Of a stretch of DNA of 64,000 bases, positions 1 through 10,025 are shown piece after piece. The notes below the pieces were generated by a model, which was not told the origin of the DNA, searched no databases, and saw only the letters and a list, made by a program, of their open reading frames with translations. The position numbers were made by a program, and so were the translations under genes. The stretch comes from a virus (lineage: Duplodnaviria; Caudoviricetes). The first letter of the stretch is position 1; every line of letters starts with the position of its first letter. The stretch spans positions 96,001 through 160,000 of the IMG/VR virus record IMGVR_UViG_3300033067_002502; one strand, 5' to 3'.

Positions 1-1
1 A

Positions 2-3000
2 AAATGTGACAAAATGGGAAATCTTCATATTATTTGGGAATCAGATCGAATAGGTCCAACTCAATTATATTATTCCCTTATTGGTCCTGCATCTAAATAT
101 ACAAGTAATTCTGTATTAATGGCTGTTCTTGATAAAAGCATTATACAAAATAGCGGAGTAGATCTTGTTACTATTTCAGATCCACCTAATTCTATTCAAG
201 ATACTTGGACAAGGGTAATTTCCAACAATGGTAAAGTTTCTATTTCTGATTCTGAATTTGTTGCGATAGAAGGAAGTCCAAGCGAAGATAGTGCTATGGC
301 TCTTTATTCTTTATCTAAAGATGAATTTGGAAATGACATTCCTTGGTCTTTTGGACAGCTCAGTTATCAGTTATCTTTTGATTTATTAATGACATTGCCT
401 TCAACTGGTATTATGAATGAAAAAGATATAGAATCTGAATTCTCAACTTGGAAAGATTCGTTTACTCCTGTTGGTGATTATAAATACGAAAAAGATGGAA
501 ATATTTATACTTTAGATTCTTATTCTAATTTTTATCAAGGTATAATCCCTATTTGTGGTTCTTATAAATTTAATCCATCAAATTTAACTGTATCTTATGG
601 AGAAAAAACTGTTAGCGAAATTGATCATAATTATCCATTAACTTATGTTTCTCTTGAAGGAGCTGTTGCCCTTTCTGAGCCTTCCAATATAAGACATTTT
701 ATGCTGGCAATGATGCCAGAAAAAGTAAGATTTAAGGCTAAGAATATTGAATCACATACACAGTATTGCGAAAGACTTGGGGTTTCAAGTTTTGATTGTA
801 CTGGGTTTATTAATGAAGTAGGTTATGAAATAGATACAGGAAGATATAAATTAGCCTTATTTGTTTCTACAAGCGATAATCCTTCTTCTGGATCTTCTGC
901 AAAGAAAAATTATAAAATATCTCGTTTCTTGTCTGGTTATATTGATTTTAAAAATACAAAAAATATTAAGATTTCAGTTCATTATTCAAAAGAAACTTCA
1001 GATTATATAGAAGGCGTTTCTATTAGGGAAAATAGGTCTATTTCTAATGAGTATAGGTATTCTGGCGACATAATAATTTCTGTAGAAAATAGCATTGTTT
1101 TTGCAACAAGTTTTCTTTCTGATTTTAGTGATCAATATCGTAAATTTGATATAGCTTTAGGATTCCCTCCAGGTCAGGGTATTACTATAAATGAATCAGT
1201 TCCTTATAAAGGGAATATGTATGAAAACGGGTCTTTTAAACAAATATTTAGTCATATCAACATAGGCTCTCATTCTATAAAACTTAATGAAAATTATGTA
1301 GATATTTGTAAATTTGATAGAGATACTTCTCAAATGGTTATTTTGGAAAAAATAAACAATATTATCCCAAATGGAAGTTTTGAGGATACAGTTCTTCCTT
1401 ATTCTAGTAATACTGAATTGCTTAATGGATACAAAGGAGTAACCGGCTGGACTTCTGGCAATTCAGTCAACTATAAACGTTTAATTTCTTCTGATAATTC
1501 TGTTACAAGTTGGATCGAACTAACAGGAAATAGTGTTTCTTCTAAAGGATATATCTATAGAGATTTTCCAACTAGTATTGGTAAAGAGTATATTGTTTCA
1601 TTTGATATTTCTAACCACGTAAATATTTACTTACAGGGATCTTCTGTTACAAAAAAGGTTAGAGTTGTAGCGAATACGACATCTTCTGATTTTTTAATAA
1701 CATCAACGGCTACTGAAGTTTCTGCTTTAGAGTGGCAAACTCGAAGTTTTTCTTTTATTGCAAGCTCTTCTCAAACAACAATAACTTTTACAAATTCCTC
1801 AAATCAATTTGGAGATATAAGGGATATAGAGTATGGCCCTCAAATAGATAATGTTGTTGTCGTTGCAGAAAGCGATCTTAATGACGAATTAAGCTCGTTT
1901 ACTACAGCAGAAAATTTGATGGTAGATCAGTCTGAATTTGATTTAAATTATAGTTTAAATGCTACTGATAAATTTTCTCAATTACCTATTACTCTTTCTT
2001 TAGAATTTCAAAATAAGAATCCTGATATATTTATAGATAAAATTGATAAAGCACATGTTGTTTGGCAGTCTAATAGAGATAATTTTTGGAACATTTACTA
2101 CTCTGGATTTAGATTAAGAGGAGAGCCTTTTGAGTTTGATACAAGAATTTCTCAGTCTGAAAGTAGTAGTGTTAATCCATCTATCTCTGTTGACGGAAGA
2201 GGTAGAAGGCTTGTTTCTTGGCAAGATAATAGATCTGGAGAATATCAAATTTATGCGGCTATCTCAAAATCTATAGATGATAAAATGGTTGACATTTGTA
2301 AACAGAATGAGTCAGATGAATACGTTTATCAATGGAATTCTTTAGTAGATCCTTATTTAGATCCATATGTATTACCTATATCTCAAATGAACTGTTCCGT
2401 TGAATTCACTTTTATTCCTTCTTCGTCAGGCTTATATCATTTTAATTTATTATTTTACGAAGATAGAGAACATACAATACCTTATAAATTTATTAATTCA
2501 AAATCCAGTATAAGTGGATGGTTTGTTGATTCAAATCAAATTCCTTATGAAGGAATATCTGCAGAAGGTGGTTCTTCTTATGTAGTATCTTATAAACCAT
2601 CTTATGAAGATGATTTATCTGATAAGGTTTTATATGTTTTTGTTGAATTTGAAATAAACGCAAGTCCTGTTGATTATAATAATTCTACGAACGTAATAAT
2701 GCTTAGGGCTTATAGCGGATTAAATCTTAATATTAGTAGGAAAGAAGACAATTCTTATAGTTCAATGTTTGAATTCGAAGGATTGTCACCTATTCAAGTG
2801 GATTCTCAAAGCGAAACATCAATAAATGCAGGATCTTTTAATGGAATGATTTTTGAATCTCCTTTATCTAAATTGCCGGGAGTTTCTATTGGAGATAAAG
2901 TTAAAAGCGTTTTGCTTCATTTTGACCCAGTAGGCTTATCTGGTAGCGTTTCTTCAATTATCCGTTTTACTTCTCCAATATCTGCTATATTCTTATCTAA

Positions 3001-5155
3001 TAGCAGTTTAATTACTTCAAAAGAATCTTTTGGATATCCAGGCGTTAAATATTCAGAATCATCTGGTATTGAACTTGAATCTTTAGATAGTGTAACAATA
3101 TCTTCTGATAGAAAAACAATGACAATACTATCTAATATTAATCAGTCCGTTGATGAAATTAGAGTTTTGCTATCTGACAGTTCTTCTGTAGTAGGAGAGT
3201 CTGAATTTGTGTATTATTGTCCATCAGAGCAGAGTTCTAGATGTGATGTTAAATGCGAATTTTCAAATAATCAAGAATCAAATATTTTTGTTCATTTTAG
3301 AGTTTCTTTTTATGCAGATGCTGAAAAAACAGATATAATAGTTTCGTCTTTTACTAAAACAGATACACTTAATTGGCTTGTTGGTAGTAGTTCTTTTCCC
3401 GTAGAAGGATTATTGGTTGATTCAAATCAGTCTATTAATGCTGTTTATAGTCCAGAAATAATTCCTTTTGAACTTTACGAATCACAGGCAAGTTTACTTT
3501 TTTCTAATAATATTTCTAGACAACCTCTTATTTGTGGTTCTATTTACCATGTTGTTATAGAAAGCTATGTTAATGATACCTTTTATGTTGAATCAGAATC
3601 TTCTTTTGTGTGTCCTTGTTATAAAACAGATTCTGATTCTTGGGATTCGGAAAAAGATTCAATAAGTTGGATTTGTAGTGGTCAGGGTTTTGAGGATTTT
3701 AGAATATCTATAACAGATAATTTGTGTTTGTATCCTAAAATATCTGTTACTAGCTTTGATTTGTTTTATATAACATGGCAAGATTTTAGATATTCAAGAA
3801 TTGATAAAAATAAATCTATTATTTCTTCTGATTGTTTTATGGGCATATATGATTCAAATTCTAATGAATTTATTTGTTCAGGACAAGGAGCTTATGATAG
3901 AAGATTAACAAATTTTAGTTCAAGCAAATTGCTGTTACATGATTATTCTGTTTTTGTAGATCCATTTCAAAATATAAACTTAATAACTCATGATGGTAAT
4001 ACTGTTTATCATCAATCATGCTCTCTTGGGTGTGAATTAACTGAAATAAGTAAAAACGTAACTCTTCCTTGCATGTTTACAGATGAAACAGATTCATCGT
4101 TTTTTGTTGTTGGAGGATCTCCAGATAGGAATGTTGATCAATATCAAAAAATAAGAATATCTGATAAGTATGTTGCGTTTTCAACATATGTTGATTTGCA
4201 AAAACCTATTACTGTTATCAATGATTGTTTTTTAGAATTTGATATAATAGGAGTTCCTGGTACTTATGCATATCGTTTAAGAAACGATAACGATCAAAAT
4301 TGGTCAGAATGGCTACCAATTGGTCCTGATATACCTGCTCAAACTCAAACAGATACAAATTCTACAAAAATAGAAAGAGATTTTTTCAAAGCTTACTTTA
4401 CTCAAAGGGATGTTTTTGTTGCTCCTTGGGTTGTTTCTCCTGGAAATGGAACTAAGAGAGTATGCTGTGAAATATTAACGTTTTTTGGAAAAACTGAAAC
4501 TTTTTGTATTGATTTTATGGCTATATATGATGATTTAGAGTATACTATTGATTTATTTTTTGATAGCGAATTATCTCAACCAGTTCCTAAGTATAAAAAT
4601 TATATGGTAGTAAGTGAATCTAAAACAAAAACCATTATAGATGAAAGTAATCTAACTTCTATAAAAGAAGATATTGAAAAAATTTCAACAATATATGCGA
4701 AAATAGAATTCAAAAACAAGAACAAAATAAATATAATTGAAAAGATTCAATCTATAGAAAGATTTAATTATATAAATCCTATAACGATTAGTGTTTACCA
4801 ACAAGGGTTAAATGATCAATTACTGATTCCTTTGACTAAAATAAAAGAAGGTATATATAGTGGATCTTTTTCTGTTGATAAAGATGATGGAGTTGTTAAT
4901 ATAGATGGTTTGGCTATGATTGTCGTTAACGTTCCTGGTCAATGTAAATCTGTTAGTTTTGAAGATCTTTCTATTAGGGCCTCTAATTTTGATGTAACCA
5001 ATACATTAGATCAAAGCGTTAAAATATTTAATGATTTTACAATTTTTAAAGATAAGTATAAAACAGATGACGTTAAAGGGTCTTTTGCTAATCCTAATTA
5101 TTATAAAACGAAGAAATTTGGAATTTCTTCTATTCAGAAACCTTGGCTAGAGTAA
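2..5155 (+). CDS. Large putative virion structural protein, probably 5'-truncated by the window. Contains BNR/propeller-like repeats, a DUF642/choice-of-anchor-C-like jelly-roll and repeated Ig-like domains
   Basis: The frame is open from position 2 (AAA TGT GAC AAA ATG = KCDKM). DKMGNLHIIW matches the repeat DSFGNLHSVW in the 12512 protein, so the ATG at 14 is probably internal. Motifs NGSFE...GW...W..RSFSFIA...GPQIDNVVV at 1361-1866 and HVVWQSNR/LVSWQDNR repeats. Confidence 0.7.
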   Translation, partial: KCDKMGNLHIIWESDRIGPTQLYYSLIGPASKYTSNSVLMAVLDKSIIQNSGVDLVTISDPPNSIQDTWTRVISNNGKVSISDSEFVAIEGSPSEDSAMALYSLSKDEFGNDIPWSFGQLSYQLSFDLLMTLPSTGIMNEKDIESEFSTWKDSFTPVGDYKYEKDGNIYTLDSYSNFYQGIIPICGSYKFNPSNLTVSYGEKTVSEIDHNYPLTYVSLEGAVALSEPSNIRHFMLAMMPEKVRFKAKNIESHTQYCERLGVSSFDCTGFINEVGYEIDTGRYKLALFVSTSDNPSSGSSAKKNYKISRFLSGYIDFKNTKNIKISVHYSKETSDYIEGVSIRENRSISNEYRYSGDIIISVENSIVFATSFLSDFSDQYRKFDIALGFPPGQGITINESVPYKGNMYENGSFKQIFSHINIGSHSIKLNENYVDICKFDRDTSQMVILEKINNIIPNGSFEDTVLPYSSNTELLNGYKGVTGWTSGNSVNYKRLISSDNSVTSWIELTGNSVSSKGYIYRDFPTSIGKEYIVSFDISNHVNIYLQGSSVTKKVRVVANTTSSDFLITSTATEVSALEWQTRSFSFIASSSQTTITFTNSSNQFGDIRDIEYGPQIDNVVVVAESDLNDELSSFTTAENLMVDQSEFDLNYSLNATDKFSQLPITLSLEFQNKNPDIFIDKIDKAHVVWQSNRDNFWNIYYSGFRLRGEPFEFDTRISQSESSSVNPSISVDGRGRRLVSWQDNRSGEYQIYAAISKSIDDKMVDICKQNESDEYVYQWNSLVDPYLDPYVLPISQMNCSVEFTFIPSSSGLYHFNLLFYEDREHTIPYKFINSKSSISGWFVDSNQIPYEGISAEGGSSYVVSYKPSYEDDLSDKVLYVFVEFEINASPVDYNNSTNVIMLRAYSGLNLNISRKEDNSYSSMFEFEGLSPIQVDSQSETSINAGSFNGMIFESPLSKLPGVSIGDKVKSVLLHFDPVGLSGSVSSIIRFTSPISAIFLSNSSLITSKESFGYPGVKYSESSGIELESLDSVTISSDRKTMTILSNINQSVDEIRVLLSDSSSVVGESEFVYYCPSEQSSRCDVKCEFSNNQESNIFVHFRVSFYADAEKTDIIVSSFTKTDTLNWLVGSSSFPVEGLLVDSNQSINAVYSPEIIPFELYESQASLLFSNNISRQPLICGSIYHVVIESYVNDTFYVESESSFVCPCYKTDSDSWDSEKDSISWICSGQGFEDFRISITDNLCLYPKISVTSFDLFYITWQDFRYSRIDKNKSIISSDCFMGIYDSNSNEFICSGQGAYDRRLTNFSSSKLLLHDYSVFVDPFQNINLITHDGNTVYHQSCSLGCELTEISKNVTLPCMFTDETDSSFFVVGGSPDRNVDQYQKIRISDKYVAFSTYVDLQKPITVINDCFLEFDIIGVPGTYAYRLRNDNDQNWSEWLPIGPDIPAQTQTDTNSTKIERDFFKAYFTQRDVFVAPWVVSPGNGTKRVCCEILTFFGKTETFCIDFMAIYDDLEYTIDLFFDSELSQPVPKYKNYMVVSESKTKTIIDESNLTSIKEDIEKISTIYAKIEFKNKNKINIIEKIQSIERFNYINPITISVYQQGLNDQLLIPLTKIKEGIYSGSFSVDKDDGVVNIDGLAMIVVNVPGQCKSVSFEDLSIRASNFDVTNTLDQSVKIFNDFTIFKDKYKTDDVKGSFANPNYYKTKKFGISSIQKPWLE

Positions 5156-5171
5156 GGAGTGGTGGTGAAAA

Positions 5172-6248
5172 ATGGCTGGCAATCCCAATATAAAAGTTTA
5201 TTTTGAAAATTCAGTTGGAGAGGTTTTAGGGAACAAAGGCTCTAGAATTTTTAATTCCATAGTTAAAAATGCGGAAATACAATTTAAGATATATATAGAA
5301 AATTCAGGAGATACTGGCACTACTTTAGTGATTCCTAGAAGCGGTATATCTTTAATTACTAATAGTTCAGGATTTTTGGTAAATAGTCCAACATTAAACT
5401 CTTCTATTGGTATTTTTTACGGAGATAGCGGTTCTTATGTTTCAGTTCTTATTAATTCTTCTAGCATTGGTAGTAAATTTATAACTATTTCTATAGAATC
5501 AAATGATCCGAATATTGATAAATTTGAATATACATTTTATTTTGAAATAATAGGAGTTGATACTTCTGGAGCTATAGATTCTTCAGATATTTCAGTAGTA
5601 TATAATGGCCTTCTTTATCCGTTAAATGGAACTATTAATCTTGGTTTTATTCCTGAGTTTTCGACTATGGATATTCCTTTTCAAATATTTAATTACGGAA
5701 CAGGATCTCTTGTTATACCTCAAAATGGTATAACAATAACAGTATTTGGTAATAATGAAAGTCTTATTTTAGATCCATCATCTACAGAAGAAATTTCTAT
5801 TTCTTATAATTTATTTTCTACTTTTAAAGTTAGAATTGATACTTCTTCTTTAGGATTGAAATCTTTTATTATTACTATTGTCTCAAATGATTCTTTAAAA
5901 ACACCTTTTATTATTACAGTTAATTATATAGTAGCATCTACATTTGATTTATTTGTAAAAGAATCTTCTGAAGAAGTTATTGATCAAGAAGTTTTGAGTC
6001 TTGGATCTTTTGATAAGAAGTCGATAATAAATAGAAATATAAGTCTTAGTAACAAGGGAATATCTTATGGGATTAGGTTACTTAGTTTTATTTCTGATGG
6101 AGACATTACTCTTAGCGGAATTCCTTCTTTGCCTTTTGTTTTGCAGCCAAATGAAAAAAATTCTTTACAGATTGTTGCTAAATTAGGATCTACTGTTCTT
6201 GGTAAAAGAAATGCCTCTTTAGGTTTTCAGTGGGAAGTTTCTGCTTAA
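5172..6248 (+). CDS. Tandem ASH/choice-of-anchor-D-like Ig-fold protein
   Basis: Three repeats of the I.N.G...L.I...I.SND pattern (IENSGD..ISIESNDP; IFNYGTGSLVI..IVSNDS). AAGGAG lies upstream. Confidence 0.6.
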   Translation: MAGNPNIKVYFENSVGEVLGNKGSRIFNSIVKNAEIQFKIYIENSGDTGTTLVIPRSGISLITNSSGFLVNSPTLNSSIGIFYGDSGSYVSVLINSSSIGSKFITISIESNDPNIDKFEYTFYFEIIGVDTSGAIDSSDISVVYNGLLYPLNGTINLGFIPEFSTMDIPFQIFNYGTGSLVIPQNGITITVFGNNESLILDPSSTEEISISYNLFSTFKVRIDTSSLGLKSFIITIVSNDSLKTPFIITVNYIVASTFDLFVKESSEEVIDQEVLSLGSFDKKSIINRNISLSNKGISYGIRLLSFISDGDITLSGIPSLPFVLQPNEKNSLQIVAKLGSTVLGKRNASLGFQWEVSA

Positions 6249-6261
6249 TTAAGGAAATAGT

Positions 6262-8463
6262 ATGGCTGACATTATTTATTCTGAATATCTTTTTTCTGCT
6301 GAAAATCTAGTACAGTCCGGTGGTTTTAGTTGGAGTAATTTAAATAATGCCATAGGAGAAAATTCTTCTTTAACAAGTGCTTCTTTTTCATATGCTGATA
6401 CACCTAATTTTATTACTGACTTTTTTAAAGCGGTATTTGATGATAATAGTCGTATACTTTATTTTCAAACAATTAACGGATATGAGGTAGGAAGTGTAGA
6501 ATATCGTATAAAATATAAAATTATATGGACATCTGCCGCATCAGTTATAGATGTATCTTCTTCTTTCAATCTTGCTCTAAATGATGTTGTTGTAACAGAT
6601 TATTTTCCATCTATAACAAATGGTTCTTTTTATGCAGAATCTGGAAGTGCTGGAGATAGTGAAATTAGAACAATGAGCGTTGTTTTTGAGTCATTAATAA
6701 GCGGGGCTCCTTCTTATGCAGAATTAACAAGCGAAACTTTGAAAGGTTGGATTTCTTTTAATGGCTCTGTTACGGATGACGCTTCTGTAATATGTGAAAT
6801 TTACGAAGTACAGCAAATAATAACTCTTAGAGAGATTGTTCCAGAAATTGTTTATTCTGAGTATCTTCTTGCTGCTGAAAACCTTGCTCAAGGAAGTGGA
6901 ATTATTTGGAATAATCTTGGTAACATAATAGGAGAAAATTCATCTTTAACTGTTTTTTCTAATGCTTATTTTGATATATCTGAAAATTCTGTTTCTGATT
7001 TTCTTGTTGCAAGTTTTAATGACGAAGTTCGTATTCCTTATTTTCAAGCAATTAGTGGGTATCAAATTGGACGTATTGAATATCAGATTAAGTACCAAGG
7101 AATATCTACTGATTATATTTCTGTATTAGATATTGTTGCTGATTATAAACTTTTATTAGAAAATGTTGTTCAAAATAATTTGGTTCCAATTATTGTAAAT
7201 GGAACAATTCATTTAGAAGATTTGGGAAGCGTTGATACTGGAATTAAGACAATGAAAGTGATTTTTGATTCATTGTTAAATGGAGTTCCTTCTTATGATG
7301 ACTTAACGAATAAGACAATTCAAGGCTGGTTATCTTTTAGTCAGTTTAATCTTGATCCGATTAGTCCTGTTTATTGCGATGTTTATGAAATAAAACAAAT
7401 AATAACATTAAGACAGGTTATTTCTGATTCCGTTATATCATTAATTGATGCTGATGCAGGAGTTGAAAGACCTATTCTTATTATGTCTTCTCAGATATCT
7501 GATAGAGGATTTTTTGATCCAGAAACAATACAAACTTTTAATTATATAATAAGGAACGACGGTCCAACAGATTTGATTATAAATTCAATTTCTATTGACA
7601 CTTTAAATATTATAAGATTCGGAATTGCTGGTTCTTTCCCTATTACAATTGAATCTGGTACTAGTTTGTCTTTGTCTTTAGATGTTTCAGTTCCCTATGT
7701 TGGGGCTTTTGTAAATGAACGCATTACTATAAATAATAATTCTAGAAATAATCCTAATTTTATTTTAGCTTTTACCTATTATGGAATTATTTATACTTCG
7801 ACTGTTCCTTTATTAGAGTCTAGATATAATGGAATTTTATTAGAGAAAAATAAAGTTCTTGCTCTTTCTTCTGTTCCATTAAATATATCAAATATAATTT
7901 CAATAGAAGTCTATAATAAAGGAACTAAAGATCTTGCTATTACTTCGTATACTATTGCAGGAAATGCAACAATTGCAGCTGGAACTACTCTTGAATCTGG
8001 TCTTTCTATACAGCCAAATGATTTTAGATTACTTAATTTAAATTTAAATTCAGCTCCTTTAGGAAATAAATCTGCAACTGTAATAATAATATCAAATGAT
8101 GCTGTAAATAATCCTTTTATATTTACTTTTGCATATTCTGTTTTGAATCAGTCAAACGTGGTTCTTTATAATGGATCTAGTATCTTGTCTAACGGAGATA
8201 TTGTTGATTTAACATCTATAGATAAAGGGAAGTCTCTTACAAAATCGTATATTTTAAAGAATAGTGGTATATATAAGACGGTTTCAATTGATTCTATTAT
8301 CGTGGATAGTAGTTTGACTGTTTCTAGTTCTTCTAGTTTTCCTTTTTCTTTATTGCCAAATGCTGAGAATTCTTTAGTTTTTAACATAATGTTTGATACA
8401 GAAAATGCAGGATTAAAAGAAGGGTCTTTTACTATTAATTATAACGAAGGAAGTGTTCCTTAA
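6262..8463 (+). CDS. Structural protein with a duplicated ~190-aa N-terminal domain plus three ASH/choice-of-anchor-D-like domains
   Basis: IIYSEYLFSAENL...IGENSSLT is repeated as IVYSEYLLAAENL...IGENSSLT. C-terminal motifs IRNDGPTDLII, VYNKGTKDLAI..IISNDA and LKNSG. Confidence 0.6.
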   Translation: MADIIYSEYLFSAENLVQSGGFSWSNLNNAIGENSSLTSASFSYADTPNFITDFFKAVFDDNSRILYFQTINGYEVGSVEYRIKYKIIWTSAASVIDVSSSFNLALNDVVVTDYFPSITNGSFYAESGSAGDSEIRTMSVVFESLISGAPSYAELTSETLKGWISFNGSVTDDASVICEIYEVQQIITLREIVPEIVYSEYLLAAENLAQGSGIIWNNLGNIIGENSSLTVFSNAYFDISENSVSDFLVASFNDEVRIPYFQAISGYQIGRIEYQIKYQGISTDYISVLDIVADYKLLLENVVQNNLVPIIVNGTIHLEDLGSVDTGIKTMKVIFDSLLNGVPSYDDLTNKTIQGWLSFSQFNLDPISPVYCDVYEIKQIITLRQVISDSVISLIDADAGVERPILIMSSQISDRGFFDPETIQTFNYIIRNDGPTDLIINSISIDTLNIIRFGIAGSFPITIESGTSLSLSLDVSVPYVGAFVNERITINNNSRNNPNFILAFTYYGIIYTSTVPLLESRYNGILLEKNKVLALSSVPLNISNIISIEVYNKGTKDLAITSYTIAGNATIAAGTTLESGLSIQPNDFRLLNLNLNSAPLGNKSATVIIISNDAVNNPFIFTFAYSVLNQSNVVLYNGSSILSNGDIVDLTSIDKGKSLTKSYILKNSGIYKTVSIDSIIVDSSLTVSSSSSFPFSLLPNAENSLVFNIMFDTENAGLKEGSFTINYNEGSVP

Positions 8464-10025
8464 TGAGTACTATTGTTGTATCATATAGATGGTCTGTTCC
8501 TGATGAGTTTAATCTATCTTATGATTGGAGAATTATCACACCAGCTGCTACTGTATCAATCCCAACTATACTTACTTCAGGCCCACAGAATGCAATATAT
8601 AGACCAACTTTAATTTTCCCTAATGGAGGGGAGAATCTATTAACTAGAGAGATAGAAATATCGTGGAAAGAGGCACTACCTTCTTCAACGGATAATCTTG
8701 AAATTTGGTATGAGATTTATTTTACAGAAAATTATGATTACATGACAGAGCCTGACTGGAAGATGATTGCTTCAATCCCTTCAAAAATTGGAAAATATCT
8801 TTGGAAAGTAGGAAACAGCATAAAAAGTAAAAATGTAAGAGTTGGAGTAAGAGCTGTTAATAGTAGGGGAGAAAGAAGTGATATGTCTATATCTTCGTCT
8901 TCTTTTTCAATAAAGAGATCTCTTCCTGTTACTCCTTCTGTTATTTCTCCTATTCCTAATCAAAGATATGGAAGTAGTGTTAAGTTTATTTTTGACGATT
9001 CGGCTGTTTTGAATAGTTTTGCTCAAAGATCTAAATATTATATATATTTTAGTTCAGATAAGGCTTCAATTCCTTTTACTCCTGTTGCTCAAAAAATACC
9101 CGTTGGTAGTGGTCCTATTGTTTGGGATACAACATTAATACCCCCTTCTGATGATTATGTTATAACAATATACTTAGCAGATGATGACGGAAACAAGTCA
9201 GAAGAAGTAAATATAAAAGTATCAATTATACAAGAAGGATTTTTCCTTATTGATACAAAGCCTCCTTCTGGATATATTCAAATAAATAATTCTGATCAAT
9301 TTACAAAAAGTGAAGATGTTAGCGTAAGATTATATTCTTATGACGAGGTTACAGGTGTTCATTCTATGCAATTTGTTGAAACATCAGAAACAGACGTAAT
9401 TGGACCGCCAGAATCTTTTGCAAATGTAAAATATTGGAAATTAACAGAAAAAGATGGAACAAAAACCTTAAAAGTTAAATTTCAAGATTATGGAGCTAAT
9501 AGAACGTCTGAAAATGTTAGAACTTTTAGAGTGTTATTTGATGTAAATAATGATGATGTTTCTGATATCGTAGTTCAAAAATCAAATAACAGTGTATGGT
9601 TGTCAAAAAATGGAGAAAATCCATCTATTTATAAAATTGATCCTATAAATTCTTTTATAACATATGTTAATGAAAAAATAAATTGTATATCTTTTTATGA
9701 AGATGTGTTATATGTTTCTGTTAAGACTTCAGATAGTACAGCTTTTGTGTATAGGTGGACTGGGTTTATTTTAGAAGAAGCTTTTAGTATGAGTGATATT
9801 GATTCTGAGATAACAAGCATGTGTCAATATGGTAAGAAATTGTTTTTGGGATGTAGGAATGGTAATCTATATGCTTACGATCAGTCATCTTTATCTCTTG
9901 TTAAGTATTTTGCATTTTCTTTTTATAGATTATATTCTGATAATTCTTTATTATACATTATTCCTTCAAATTCTAAAATAATAACTATATATGATGGAAA
10001 TTTATTTTCAGAGGTAACAGTATGA
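8463..10025 (+). CDS. FN3/Ig-like plus beta-propeller putative virion protein
   Basis: FN3-like ISW...YEIY...W...VRAVN..G; DTKPPSG.I.IN...DG.KTLKVKFQD module; C-terminal propeller blades (KLFLGCRNGNLYAYD). TAATG overlap with the upstream gene. Confidence 0.55.
   Translation: MSTIVVSYRWSVPDEFNLSYDWRIITPAATVSIPTILTSGPQNAIYRPTLIFPNGGENLLTREIEISWKEALPSSTDNLEIWYEIYFTENYDYMTEPDWKMIASIPSKIGKYLWKVGNSIKSKNVRVGVRAVNSRGERSDMSISSSSFSIKRSLPVTPSVISPIPNQRYGSSVKFIFDDSAVLNSFAQRSKYYIYFSSDKASIPFTPVAQKIPVGSGPIVWDTTLIPPSDDYVITIYLADDDGNKSEEVNIKVSIIQEGFFLIDTKPPSGYIQINNSDQFTKSEDVSVRLYSYDEVTGVHSMQFVETSETDVIGPPESFANVKYWKLTEKDGTKTLKVKFQDYGANRTSENVRTFRVLFDVNNDDVSDIVVQKSNNSVWLSKNGENPSIYKIDPINSFITYVNEKINCISFYEDVLYVSVKTSDSTAFVYRWTGFILEEAFSMSDIDSEITSMCQYGKKLFLGCRNGNLYAYDQSSLSLVKYFAFSFYRLYSDNSLLYIIPSNSKIITIYDGNLFSEVTV

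Noticed and set aside
14-16. ATG at 14 as the true start of ORF1
   Set aside because: The frame is open to the window edge and the Met falls inside a repeat unit.
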